From a virus, in IMG/VR virus record IMGVR_UViG_3300029911_000010, positions 1-64,000 of that record: DNA of 64,000 nucleotides. One strand, written 5' to 3'. Positions 19,327-29,390 of the stretch are shown here, in pieces. The first letter of the stretch is position 1. Each line of letters opens with the position of its first letter. Below the pieces are notes generated by a model that ran no database searches, was not told the DNA's origin, and worked only from the letters and a program-made list of their open reading frames with translations. Made by a program: the position numbers and the translations under genes.

Positions 19327-22300
19327 CTACTTGGAAGCTCCGTCAGGTATAACAGCATGGCCGACACCGGGGCTGCCGGCTGTCGTACCCGTTCCGCTAG
19401 ATACAGCTCGATTGTCCTCCGTGATCTTCATATCTCCGACTATGCGCAAAACCTGACCTTCGGCAAGCTGCACGGTCATCGTGCGCCCAGCCTGCTCGAC
19501 CTGTCCGCTACGCAGACGCTGACCGTAGATAGCTTCCACGTCGCCAGCCGAGTCGATGTTGCGCTTGCCGATCTTGTGTCCGGTTGGCTTGCCGTCCTTC
19601 CCAATCTCGTCAACAGTAGTGTAGAATCCGCTGGCGGCCTGCAGCTCCATGCGTGAGACGGCGGCTTCGCCGTACTTATTGGCGAACATCTCGCGGCCTT
19701 TGACCCCGCCGTTCTCGTACTCCTCGTACAGCTGCATGAAGGCTTTTTCGTCGTCCGCATCTTTGATACCGCCTTTTTCTCGGCCGACTTTGAGAAGTTC
19801 CTTACGACCGCTGACCAGGCTGGCGGTGATCTCCCGCCCGTGCTCGGTTTGCATGATCGCCGACAGTTGTTGCAGCTTGGCTCTACCCTCCGGGGTGCGT
19901 GAATCAACGGACATGCCATAGGCATCCAACAGCGACGTGGCCACGTCCATGCCGGGCTTTTGTATTAGATCACGCTGCTCTTTGGCTTGCTCGCTCTGAT
20001 AGTCGTAAACCTTGTGAGCCGCTATCACGTCTTCGACCGACACGCCGCCGCGACGCTCGTCGATGTTCAGCTTGCGCACGTCGTCAACGGATACGCCCAG
20101 TCGTGTTGCTGTATCACCGATCCGCCCTTTGGTCGCCGCCAGTTCATCGAGCGTGTGTTTCTCCTGATCGGACAACTCCTTGCCTTCGGCTTTGTTTTTC
20201 AGCGCCGGCGCTGCCTGCACCTCAAGCTCGCCGGCACGGCTGATATCAGCAAGCTCACGGTCATCCAGGACGTGACCTAGTCGCAGAGCCGCACGCCGTA
20301 CGTTCTGACGCAAGGCGGCGGTAGTTGCGATGGTATTAGAATTGATGCCGCCTCGCAGCAGCAGCGGCTTGGCTTTGTCGACAATGTCTTGCTCTGCCGG
20401 CGTCAACGTGGCTCCGGCAGCCTGACGAACCTGTAGATCTTCGGCCTGCTTAATTGTCTTCTGTTCATCTGGCGTCATGTTCTGAGCACGGGCATCCAGC
20501 TTCTGCAACTGATTCTGGTACAGCCGAATGTCGCGGGCCTCGCCTTCGCTGGCATCGTGAGCCAGCTTGACAGTCTTCTCGTCGACTCCCGCCGCCTTGG
20601 CCATCGCCGTGACATCGGCGGCATCCCAGTGATAAACGCCTTTCTCGTCGACCCGGCCCCACTGACGGCCGCCCAGCAGTTGTTTCTGTCGCAAACCTTC
20701 TGATTCAAAGAATAACTGCCGTTGTTTCTCCAGCTCAGCCGGTGCCAGGTGTTGTTGGGCCAGAGCAGTATCCGCGTGCGCCTGCCTGATTTCCCTGGCT
20801 TGTGTCATCGTCGTCTTGTCGGCGTCGGTCCAGGTAGTGGAATCACGCTGGGCGATCTCGTCAGCGGCGGCAGATATGCGTCGCTGTGCGGGGTCCAGCT
20901 TGGATTCCACCTGGCGACGTAACGAAGCTGTCGCATCGAGCTTGGCCAGGTCTTCGGGCTTGAGATCACCCATCGCCACTCGCTCCTGGGCGTAACGCAG
21001 ACGCCCGACTGCGTCGCTGGCTGTAGTCATCTGAGCCATGGCCTGTTGCCGAATCTCCGCAGCCTTGGCCTGATCAACTGACGGATTCAACCGACCGGCG
21101 ATCAAGTGCTCTACGACGCCATCGGAATACTCGAACGCCATCTCCCGCAACCGCTCGTTGGCAGTCCTGATGGTCTTGGCTTCGTCAATGCCCTGCTGTC
21201 CGAAGGTGCGGATGGATGCGTTGCTGGTCAGCAGCTTATCGGCCACGGATTCGCTCATTTGAATGCGTGACAACGTCTGTGCAGCGAAGTCCTTGCCTTC
21301 GGCGGTGTTGAACATGTTGTCCAGCCGCTCATTACGTTCCTTAGCCGTAGCCACCCGCATTTTAGGCTTGCCGTCTTCCATAACCGGTTTGCCGGCTGCG
21401 TCTGTATCAGCTACCAGACCGCCGAATACTTCGTCGACCTTGGCCAACTCTGTTGCGCGTTTCTGGTGATCAGCTTTGTTCAGAGCATGGCTGGTATCAC
21501 CGATGGTCACCGGCTCACTTTCACCGCTCAAGTCCACGCCGATGCCGGCAAACGACTGCTGGGCGTTGGTGGAGATCGTCTGCAGTGTCTGGATCTCCTT
21601 GCGGATTCTCGTTGAAATCCGCGACTGGTCTTCCGGTTTGGTTGCCGCTGCGTACTGCCGCTGTAATGTCTCAAGCAGATCCTGCTGACGTTTAAGATCG
21701 GCCATGGCCGGAGCGACGTGTGTCCGCACGTCTTCGATCTTGACGCCACCCAGCGTTTCCGCCGCCAGGCCGTACAGCTCGTTGTCGTTGCCGCCTTCAT
21801 TCTCGCCCAGGCGCTGCAGATAGCTTACTGCCCGTCGCATCATGCTGCCGCGACCCAGCGGCGACAGCGCTGACTGAATGGCACCGGTAAACTGATTTTG
21901 CTGCTGAATGCGGAAAGTCTGCTCCTGCAACGGTTTATTGGCGGCGATGAAGAAGTTCTGGCTATTGCCCAGGTACGCCATGTCTGGACTGTAGCGGATG
22001 GTCTGATCCCAGTGACCCTTAAAGCTTTCGGCCATGGTCTGAAAAAACTCAGTGGGGTTTTTGCCGCTGGCCTGCAGCTGGGCCATAAGCTTCACGCCGC
22101 CTTCGGTCTTGCCTAGTTCATCTTTGAAGATGTCACCCATGACTTTCCGGCGCTGCTCATCGTCAGCGAACGCCGAAGCATCCATGTCCAGTATCCGCTG
22201 GGCTGCTGCCTGCCCGGCGATCTGTCCTGCTTCGTACTGGTCCTTCCCCCGTATACCCTGGCGTCCCAGCTCTCCGGCGATGAAGCTGGTTGCGTGGCGT

Positions 22301-23937
22301 CCCAGCCACGGTTGAAAGTCAGCTGCTGACTGTTCTCGCCGCACAACATCACCCAACTGTCCGCTGTCAACATACTGACGGTTGGCGAAGCGCTGCTGCA
22401 ACATCGTCTGGATGTCAGCCGGGTTTATGCCGGCATCAGAGAACATGCGAACAAACTGAGGTTCCTTGATGTCGCTGAATTTATGCGTAACGCCTTTGAA
22501 GCTGTAGGTGTCTAGCCCGGTGGTCGGCGCATTTCGCAAAGCCTCAACAAACTGTCCAGCTTCGGTATCCGGGCCTAACTTGTTGGTTTCAGCTAACCGC
22601 AAGGCCAGACCGAATCGATTGGCCATGGCGCTGCCGGCTGCGTTGGTCCGCAGGTTGGCGTCCAGCTGCGTCAACTGATCGGGAGTGTACTTGCCCCAGG
22701 CGACATCGGCGGCATAACCGCCGGCACGGTAGGCCCCGCCGAAAGCGGCGGCTCCCTGGGCAGCCTGAACGCCGAAGATCGGCTCGATGCCCATCTGTTG
22801 AGCCCGTGCGCTGGCGTGCTCCTGCAGCATCATCATCGCGTCCATGCTCAACCCGGTGGAGGTTGCCAGGTTGTGAGTCATGCGGACCATCGAGTCCAGC
22901 CGGGCTGGATTGATCTGTCCGACACTGCCATTGGTCATCTTCTCTAAAGCGTTGATGAGTTCAGACATTGGCGCATTGGGTCGACCCATGTCGCCGAAGA
23001 TGTCACGCACGGCCGAGATAGCCTGCACGTATCCCTTAAGCGTGTTATTCACCCGGCCGGAATCGAAGCTCATGATGCGCTTGGATACTTCACTGTCTCC
23101 CAGCATTTTCTCGATGTCTTCGGGTTTCAGCTTTTCAAGATCGAGTTGTTGAGCACCGCTGACTGCGTCTCGCTTAGTTGGCAAGCCAACTGTCTGCCTG
23201 AGAGCCGCTGCTTCCAACGTCGGCCGGTCAATCATCCCCAGCCGATCCATCGGCGTTCCCCGCATGCCTGGGATCATCCCACGCAGAGACATCTGCTCAT
23301 ACAGTTCGCCGACGCGGCCTGCGGTAAGACCACCGGTTTCCCGGCCGCCGCCCGTGGTGTACAAATCCGTGAACATGTCACGAGCCGACTGAGCTACCCT
23401 TTCCGGGTCCATTCCCAGACGGCCAGTGACTGGATCAATGCGATACCGTCCGGCGCTCATCACGCGGCCGGCCATGACAGCACCAGACCCGTAGACGCCC
23501 GACATGTCGTCTAGCATCTCGGGAAACATTTTAGCCAACAGAGGGCTGGCCGTGACCATGGCGTCCGACAAACCCCGGCTGGCTCTAATTTGCTCGGCTC
23601 CCCAGGACGTGCCGGTAATCCGGGCCATACCCCGCATGGTGCTGATCCATGATTCGCGATCCATCTCCGCTGCCTGTGTCTGCAGCTGCATTGTCTGCTG
23701 GTAGTAACGACGAGCCTGCATGGAATCGTAAATGTTGCGATCGTGTCCCAGCCCCATCGGCGAATAACCCAGCTTGTTGAACAAGCCTCCCAGCATGCTG
23801 TTGGCCAGCATGCCGATAAGCGGATTTTCTTGTGCAAAAGGCATCCCCTCGAATCCGGTGGAAAACGTGGGATCTACTCCGGAAGCCAGTGGGGCGTAGC
23901 TTTGACCGAAAAAATTTTCCGCTTGTTGTTCGGGCAT
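19327..23937 (-). CDS. Tape measure protein
   Basis: 1536 aa, Ala/Gln/Gly/Met-rich and helical; downstream of the chaperone pair and upstream of baseplate genes. Confidence 0.8.
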   Translation of the reverse strand: MPEQQAENFFGQSYAPLASGVDPTFSTGFEGMPFAQENPLIGMLANSMLGGLFNKLGYSPMGLGHDRNIYDSMQARRYYQQTMQLQTQAAEMDRESWISTMRGMARITGTSWGAEQIRASRGLSDAMVTASPLLAKMFPEMLDDMSGVYGSGAVMAGRVMSAGRYRIDPVTGRLGMDPERVAQSARDMFTDLYTTGGGRETGGLTAGRVGELYEQMSLRGMIPGMRGTPMDRLGMIDRPTLEAAALRQTVGLPTKRDAVSGAQQLDLEKLKPEDIEKMLGDSEVSKRIMSFDSGRVNNTLKGYVQAISAVRDIFGDMGRPNAPMSELINALEKMTNGSVGQINPARLDSMVRMTHNLATSTGLSMDAMMMLQEHASARAQQMGIEPIFGVQAAQGAAAFGGAYRAGGYAADVAWGKYTPDQLTQLDANLRTNAAGSAMANRFGLALRLAETNKLGPDTEAGQFVEALRNAPTTGLDTYSFKGVTHKFSDIKEPQFVRMFSDAGINPADIQTMLQQRFANRQYVDSGQLGDVVRREQSAADFQPWLGRHATSFIAGELGRQGIRGKDQYEAGQIAGQAAAQRILDMDASAFADDEQRRKVMGDIFKDELGKTEGGVKLMAQLQASGKNPTEFFQTMAESFKGHWDQTIRYSPDMAYLGNSQNFFIAANKPLQEQTFRIQQQNQFTGAIQSALSPLGRGSMMRRAVSYLQRLGENEGGNDNELYGLAAETLGGVKIEDVRTHVAPAMADLKRQQDLLETLQRQYAAATKPEDQSRISTRIRKEIQTLQTISTNAQQSFAGIGVDLSGESEPVTIGDTSHALNKADHQKRATELAKVDEVFGGLVADTDAAGKPVMEDGKPKMRVATAKERNERLDNMFNTAEGKDFAAQTLSRIQMSESVADKLLTSNASIRTFGQQGIDEAKTIRTANERLREMAFEYSDGVVEHLIAGRLNPSVDQAKAAEIRQQAMAQMTTASDAVGRLRYAQERVAMGDLKPEDLAKLDATASLRRQVESKLDPAQRRISAAADEIAQRDSTTWTDADKTTMTQAREIRQAHADTALAQQHLAPAELEKQRQLFFESEGLRQKQLLGGRQWGRVDEKGVYHWDAADVTAMAKAAGVDEKTVKLAHDASEGEARDIRLYQNQLQKLDARAQNMTPDEQKTIKQAEDLQVRQAAGATLTPAEQDIVDKAKPLLLRGGINSNTIATTAALRQNVRRAALRLGHVLDDRELADISRAGELEVQAAPALKNKAEGKELSDQEKHTLDELAATKGRIGDTATRLGVSVDDVRKLNIDERRGGVSVEDVIAAHKVYDYQSEQAKEQRDLIQKPGMDVATSLLDAYGMSVDSRTPEGRAKLQQLSAIMQTEHGREITASLVSGRKELLKVGREKGGIKDADDEKAFMQLYEEYENGGVKGREMFANKYGEAAVSRMELQAASGFYTTVDEIGKDGKPTGHKIGKRNIDSAGDVEAIYGQRLRSGQVEQAGRTMTVQLAEGQVLRIVGDMKITEDNRAVSSGTGTTAGSPGVGHAVIPDGASK

Positions 23938-23942
23938 CTGGT

Positions 23943-24482
23943 TTACCGCCTCATCGGCGTACGACTACGCCGTCTTTTTTGCCGCTTCTCCGCTTGTGCC
24001 GCCCGCTGCCGCTCGACGCGAAGCTGCGGGTTGTTCGTAACTTTCGCTGCCTTCTCTTCTTCCAGGCTTTTCAACCAGCGGGCTGCCTCTTCTTCCGCCT
24101 TGCGCTTGAATTCCGGGTCGGCCGGATCTTCACCGAAAGCATTGATGTAAGCCTGCCGGGCCTCGTCGACCATCTGCCTGTTGCGCTCCTTCTTACCCTT
24201 ATGCCACGGCTTAATCCGTTGCAGGTAAGACTCGAACGTGTCCTGGGCGCTGTCCTGCGACTGCTTGAAACTATCCGACGTCAGGCTTCCATTAGCCAAC
24301 TGTGCCAGATAGAACCGGTACGCCGCATCCACGGTCTCGGCCGTCTTCTTCCTCTCCAGCCCGTCCAACAAAATAGTCAGCCGCTTCCACCAATTGCCGT
24401 CCAGCAGCCGAGCCTTGGAGAAATCGATCAGGCCCCCGACCGCAGCGTCCACTATCAGGGCGCAGCCACGGTCGGTTTCCAA
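23943..24482 (-). CDS. Tail assembly chaperone, -1 frameshift (GT-type) extension
   Basis: Overlaps the upstream gene in the -1 frame. Its first start is a TTG inside the slippery G GAT TTT T site; precedes the tape measure gene. Confidence 0.65.
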   Translation of the reverse strand: METDRGCALIVDAAVGGLIDFSKARLLDGNWWKRLTILLDGLERKKTAETVDAAYRFYLAQLANGSLTSDSFKQSQDSAQDTFESYLQRIKPWHKGKKERNRQMVDEARQAYINAFGEDPADPEFKRKAEEEAARWLKSLEEEKAAKVTNNPQLRVERQRAAQAEKRQKRRRSRTPMRR

Positions 24483-25669
24483 AAATCCGTGTTGGCTGTC
24501 AACGCCTCCAGTCTCGCCACCAGACGGTTAAAACGGTTGCACTGCTGCTGCATAATCCGAACGATCGATTCGTTCTTCAAAACGTTTTTCAGCATGTACT
24601 CTTCGATCTGCTCCAACGGCCGGGCGTTCTGATCGGTTTCCCAGTAAGCCGTCGCATTGGGATTCCTGGTGACATCCAGCCCATCCGGCAGATCGTGATC
24701 GAATTGATCGCTGCGCATCCGCTGCAGCTGCAAATGCAGCCGGTGACGGTTTAGCCGTTCAAAGAAGTCCATGTCATTGGTGATCTTGCGTGTACTCTTT
24801 TCCGAGAAGCACTGGTCGAAGCACGCGTCGATCTCTCGGGTGGCCAGAGTTCTGAACACCACCGTCAAAGCGCCGCCCAGCAGGTGATATTCCTTGACGA
24901 AAGGAATCTCGCCCAGGATGGCCTGCAAAAACGCCTGCTTCTCGTCCAGCGGCGGCTCGGGCTCGTCGGGCAGGGACAAATCCCACCGGCAATGCGGGCA
25001 GTTAGTCAGCGGGGCCAACGGGCTCTCCGTGCGGTTCATCGCCGCTGCCTCCTGCGGCGTCGGCGGAGAAGTCAGCTCGCCGGCGGCCTGCTGACGGGCT
25101 TTGGGATTACCGGCCGGCTTAGGCGTCGCTGCCTGCGGCTGCGACGGAGCCGTGTCGACAAACTGCATGTTCTTCTGCCACTCAGGTGGATTAGTCAAAG
25201 CTTCGGTGGCGGCAGCCTGCTGCGCCTGGGTGCTGATTTCATCCATGGCGTCCTTGAGAATGCCGGCGTACTTGGCCTGCTGCTCGGGCGGCAGCTGTTC
25301 AATGGGGATCGTGTTGACCTGTAACGGCGGTGTGCTGGGGTCAATCGTCGGCATCAGCTTGGCCTGTGCCATTTCGTCTTTGATTTCCTTGGCGATCTTC
25401 TGTATCGCCGGAGCCATGTCCTGCGGGATAGGCTGACCTTCAACCCAGCCGATCTGCCGCAGAAGCTTTCGCTCTGCCGGCAGCAACCGTGCCGGGTCCA
25501 TCAGCTTGACCGGCTTGCCGGCAGGCAAAGGCATGGTGCCGATGACGCCGGGAGGCAAACCCGCTGCCGGCGGCACGTTGAACGCCTGGGCGGTTGCAAC
25601 CTGCTGTCCGGCAGTGAACTGCGCGGCTGCAACGGGTTGACTGGGGCGGATCGAAATACTCTTGGCCAT
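24455..25669 (-). CDS. Tail assembly chaperone (G-type) with Pro/Ala-rich N-terminus and CxxC
   Basis: Position before the TMP; VVFRTLATREID motif; ends ...ANTDFWKPTVAAP. Confidence 0.6.
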   Translation of the reverse strand: MAKSISIRPSQPVAAAQFTAGQQVATAQAFNVPPAAGLPPGVIGTMPLPAGKPVKLMDPARLLPAERKLLRQIGWVEGQPIPQDMAPAIQKIAKEIKDEMAQAKLMPTIDPSTPPLQVNTIPIEQLPPEQQAKYAGILKDAMDEISTQAQQAAATEALTNPPEWQKNMQFVDTAPSQPQAATPKPAGNPKARQQAAGELTSPPTPQEAAAMNRTESPLAPLTNCPHCRWDLSLPDEPEPPLDEKQAFLQAILGEIPFVKEYHLLGGALTVVFRTLATREIDACFDQCFSEKSTRKITNDMDFFERLNRHRLHLQLQRMRSDQFDHDLPDGLDVTRNPNATAYWETDQNARPLEQIEEYMLKNVLKNESIVRIMQQQCNRFNRLVARLEALTANTDFWKPTVAAP

Positions 25670-25698
25670 GATCTAACTCCTCTAAAGTTGTTTTGCGA

Positions 25699-28422
25699 TC
25701 ACCGGATGATCACGTAGTCAGTCTCCGGTGTACCCGTGGTAAAGTCGGCTATGTCGGTCGTCTCGTAAGTTGCTCCGCGATCCTGAGCATAGCCCTTGTC
25801 AGGATCGAAAAACGTCATCTTGTCAACTTGCAACAGTGTCTGGCTGGTCCAGTTGTCGTTGCCGGGCCACGGCATCTGCTGCTGTCCCTGATACGTTACA
25901 GGATTTTCGTCCCAGCCGCTGCCGCCGGACGCCATTTTCAAACGCTGCATCATCTGCCAGCGACTCTCGGGAAACTTGAACTGATTGGTGCCGTACTGCT
26001 GGTCTTTGTCGCGATACGAGAAGTGGGCCTGCTTTATAACCGTGTCGTCGCCAGGTTCATTAGGCTTGTACAGGTAGTTGGCAAAAACCGAGTCGTAGAA
26101 CGTAGTGCTGCCGGATTCTTCCTCACTGATCGCCTGGGACGCCTCGGCGAATGCCGAAGCGACGTCGCCGGGCTTGAGATTGCCGACAAAGGGAGCCCCT
26201 TCGCCAGCAGCAAAGCCGCCAGTGGCTGCCACAGCGCCTTGCACGACGATCGGCCCCAGATACACTGCCGCCCCGCCTACGATCAATTCTCCCGAAAGAA
26301 CGGCGGCGCTGGCGGTAAAGTTGTAGGTGGCTGTCGCCTCAAAGCTTCCGCTGCCGCCGCCGGCTGAACCGATCCACAGATTTATCGACTCACCGGCGAA
26401 TGTGTCGACCGTGCTGCCGTTGAAGACAACCTGGTTCTGTCCGGAGTCGGCGTCCAGGACGATCAGGCCAGTCTGGCTGTCGCCGCCGCCGGTGCGCATG
26501 TAGATCGTGCCGCCCCAGGCCACCACCCCGGCGTTAGGACTCTTAAGTACGATGCCGCCCATGACCACGTCTTCGCCGACCTTGTTGTCGAACTCCATGA
26601 CAAAGCCTGGGGCCTGACTCTCCAGCAGTATGCCGCCCTGGGTGGCATTGCCACCGAGCATCTGCAAATTGTGCTCAGCCTTGATCCGCACGTCGTTCTG
26701 GTTTGCCGTGATATCGACGCTGTTGTAGGCCCGCTGGATGATGTCGTAGCCGGCCATGGTGACAGCCGACCGACCCGGCAGGTTGTACACGCTGCCAGGA
26801 CACTCAAAACGGATGTTGCCGGCGGTCATGACGATCGCCGAGCCGTAGCCATCGTAGATGACCACGCCGCCATCGGGGAGGAAGTTGATGCCGGCTTCAC
26901 GTTGATAGTAATTGACGTCGTTGTACCGCTTGTCGATCTTGACCGTCTTGGGTTGCGGCGGCTGCATGTACAGCTGGCCGTTCAGATCGTCAAACGAGAG
27001 CTTGTCTTGCACCGCCTGGGGACCGTTGGCGTTGGGCAGATCCGACTCCTGCGGCACTTTGTAGTCGCCCTTGTGGTAATGAAACGGATGCACAGCCTGC
27101 CAGTTGGCGGCATAGGTTACCACATCGTCCAGCGCCGAGGCCGCCAACAAGTGAGGCGTGGCTCCCTTAAAGTTCAGATCCTGAACCTTGTGCGGATCAC
27201 CGTTGCCGAACTGACCGCTAAACTTGTAGTTGTTCTTGCGAGCATCGTCGCCGCCGTTCTGGTCTTCCGGCAGCTTCATCTCCTTGGCTACCGGGATCAG
27301 CACACGTTTGGCGATTATGATCTGCTTGGCGCTCTCAACCATGTAGGTGCCATCCAGCGCCACCATCTCGCGGAACAATCCCAGATCCGGCGATTCAGTC
27401 GGATCGTCTTTGTAGAATCGCTTTTTGGCGGTGTTGCCGGGCGAGGGGACCATGAGCGTACGCAGCCGTCCCTGCCCCAGGTAACCGCCGTGTTCCATCC
27501 AGCGGGCAATGGTCTGTACGTCTTCCTCGCCGTCAGCCAGGTCGTAAGCCCCCTTGGCAATGCTGTACTGCACCTGGGTGGGGTCGAACTCGTAATGCAG
27601 CTGCTGACCGGTGTCGTACAAACCCAGGGCTTCCCAGGGATAAGTGTATTCGGCCTGCACCAGACGGTTCTCGCCTTCGTCCAGCCTGGCAGTGTAGTCG
27701 TGAGCGGCGGATTGCACGTCCAGTTGGATGCCGGCCAGGCGGGTATAGCTGTCGAAGTAGTTGAGGAACAACCCGCAAGCCTCGTTGACTCGCAAGTAAG
27801 TCTGCCAGCTGTCAATCAGGAACTCGATGCCGGTCTCGGTGCTCAAGGCGTACTCACCGGAAATCGAGTCAATCGGACGGCCGGCGGAGAAGTCCAGCAG
27901 GTCGCCCCGATGAAACAAGTTCTTGGTCGGCAGCTTGTAAGCATCCTCCCGCTTGATACCTGCCTGGCCGCCCTGGACGTGCCAGTCGGGCACCAGCAGC
28001 GAAGGGTCCTGGTTGGCAATCGGGTAGGAGCCGATGATCACGCCGTGCGTGCGGCCGGCGGGAACCCATACGACAACGTGACAGCCGGCTGGCAGCGTGC
28101 CGGAATGCCGTACGCCAAAGGGGGCATGGCCTGATTCACTCAGCGAGCAGCATCCCAGAGGCGCTTTAACTCCATCCAGCTGTACTTTGTACCAGTGGGC
28201 ATGCGCCAGTGGGTAGACGATCATCCCACAGTGCAGACCGTTGGCGTTGGCGTGATTCAGCCATTCGAGCGGCATGCCCCTGTGCGGATCTGCCGCAGGC
28301 TGCTTGGTGGCCCTGGAAATAAGGTTATGACTGTGGTGGTGATCTACCAGATCGGTTATGCGACGGTCATAGGGGATATGACCGCCAATGCGGCTTGCGG
28401 AATGGCCGTCACGCGGAGGCAT
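25699..28422 (-). CDS. Baseplate central spike (gp5/VgrG-like, putative)
   Basis: N-terminal OB-like LPAGCHVVVW..GVIIG; C-terminal beta-helix-like repeats GSAIVMTAGNIRFECPG...NDVRIKAEHNLQM. Confidence 0.6.
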   Translation of the reverse strand: MPPRDGHSASRIGGHIPYDRRITDLVDHHHSHNLISRATKQPAADPHRGMPLEWLNHANANGLHCGMIVYPLAHAHWYKVQLDGVKAPLGCCSLSESGHAPFGVRHSGTLPAGCHVVVWVPAGRTHGVIIGSYPIANQDPSLLVPDWHVQGGQAGIKREDAYKLPTKNLFHRGDLLDFSAGRPIDSISGEYALSTETGIEFLIDSWQTYLRVNEACGLFLNYFDSYTRLAGIQLDVQSAAHDYTARLDEGENRLVQAEYTYPWEALGLYDTGQQLHYEFDPTQVQYSIAKGAYDLADGEEDVQTIARWMEHGGYLGQGRLRTLMVPSPGNTAKKRFYKDDPTESPDLGLFREMVALDGTYMVESAKQIIIAKRVLIPVAKEMKLPEDQNGGDDARKNNYKFSGQFGNGDPHKVQDLNFKGATPHLLAASALDDVVTYAANWQAVHPFHYHKGDYKVPQESDLPNANGPQAVQDKLSFDDLNGQLYMQPPQPKTVKIDKRYNDVNYYQREAGINFLPDGGVVIYDGYGSAIVMTAGNIRFECPGSVYNLPGRSAVTMAGYDIIQRAYNSVDITANQNDVRIKAEHNLQMLGGNATQGGILLESQAPGFVMEFDNKVGEDVVMGGIVLKSPNAGVVAWGGTIYMRTGGGDSQTGLIVLDADSGQNQVVFNGSTVDTFAGESINLWIGSAGGGSGSFEATATYNFTASAAVLSGELIVGGAAVYLGPIVVQGAVAATGGFAAGEGAPFVGNLKPGDVASAFAEASQAISEEESGSTTFYDSVFANYLYKPNEPGDDTVIKQAHFSYRDKDQQYGTNQFKFPESRWQMMQRLKMASGGSGWDENPVTYQGQQQMPWPGNDNWTSQTLLQVDKMTFFDPDKGYAQDRGATYETTDIADFTTGTPETDYVIIR

Positions 28423-28533
28423 GGTTGCCTTTCGTTTGGACGTATTGGGCTCTTAATGGCCCTGGAGGCGGACCGCACACACGGCCCGCCTCAGCGTCAA
28501 TTGGGCTATTCAGTTTTTCTTACCCAGCCTGGC

Positions 28534-29004
28534 CTACTTGTTTTCCAGACTGGCGAACATGAACGTCATGGCTTCGTTGATGATCATGTCCTGCGAGGCC
28601 ACGCTGAGGCCGACCTGGGTCAGCACGGCGTTGTCCAGCGTGTAATTGTTGGTGCCGCCGCCAGCCGTGGCGGCCGGGGCTGTACCCTGTTGGCAGCTCA
28701 CACCGAACTGCAGGCTGATGTTCTTAGGGCTGCAGACGTCGCCGAAGCCGGTGTAGATGGCCGACGACGACGCGGACGGGCCGATGACGCGATTGGCGTT
28801 CATCTGCCCGTTGGTGCGGCCGCCGACGTAATACTGGTCGGTTTCGCCGACGCCGTACAGACGGGTGACAGTCTGGGCATACTGGAACTGCAGCTGCTGA
28901 ATCAGCAGATTGGTCCCGAGCGTGCCGAAAGTGGCCTTGGCACCGTCAGCGGTGAAGGTGCCGGCAATGTTGCTCACGTTGCGTTGGAATACATCGTTTG
29001 GCAT
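28534..29004 (-). CDS. Tail tube protein
   Basis: 156 aa after the sheath; LIQQLQFQYAQTVTRLYGVG..YYVGGRTNGQMNANR; IINEAMTFMF. Confidence 0.85.
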   Translation of the reverse strand: MPNDVFQRNVSNIAGTFTADGAKATFGTLGTNLLIQQLQFQYAQTVTRLYGVGETDQYYVGGRTNGQMNANRVIGPSASSSAIYTGFGDVCSPKNISLQFGVSCQQGTAPAATAGGGTNNYTLDNAVLTQVGLSVASQDMIINEAMTFMFASLENK

Positions 29005-29006
29005 TG

Positions 29007-29081
29007 TCAGATCTCCGTATCTGAGCCCTGATGGGCATTGTTGCGCGGCTTATTGCCGCTGACTCGTCATCCGTGACGAGT
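29007..29081 (-). promoter_or_regulatory. Two CsrA/RsmA-type hairpins in the tube-gene leader
   Basis: TCAGAT-ACGGAG-ATCTGA (29007-29024) and ACTCGTC-ACGGAT-GACGAGT (29062-29081). Confidence 0.75.
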
Positions 29082-29152
29082 AGACTCTTGTAGTTTAACC
29101 GACAGGGTAAGGGTGTGTCTAATCGCAGAGACGACGGAGAAGACGCAGGTAC

Positions 29153-29347
29153 TTACGATACTTTCTTTCCAGACGTGTTATGAGTTCGATTAGGACCGCG
29201 TCGTCGCACCACAGCGCCCCACCGATGAAGATTTTCACGCATCGTCCCAAACGATCTATCAAACAAAGTAGCCAGGGACGCGACGGTTTCACCCGCAACG
29301 TACCTGGCTACTATTTCATCTTTCGGCAAATCAGTGGTTCTCGGCAT
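29153..29347 (-). CDS. Small helix-turn-helix protein between sheath and tube genes
   Basis: EIVARYVAGETVASLATLFDRSFGTMRENLHRWGAVVRR, an HTH pattern common in homing-endonuclease DNA-binding modules. Confidence 0.55.
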   Translation of the reverse strand: MPRTTDLPKDEIVARYVAGETVASLATLFDRSFGTMRENLHRWGAVVRRRGPNRTHNTSGKKVS

Positions 29348-29390
29348 TAAATCAGTGTACCGACCTTTATGTCAATAACCACTAAACAAT

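Noticed and set aside
18849-19367. N-terminal 173 aa of the 433-aa ORF
   Set aside because: Overlaps the 157-aa tube-like gene in another frame; the real start is ATG 18848.
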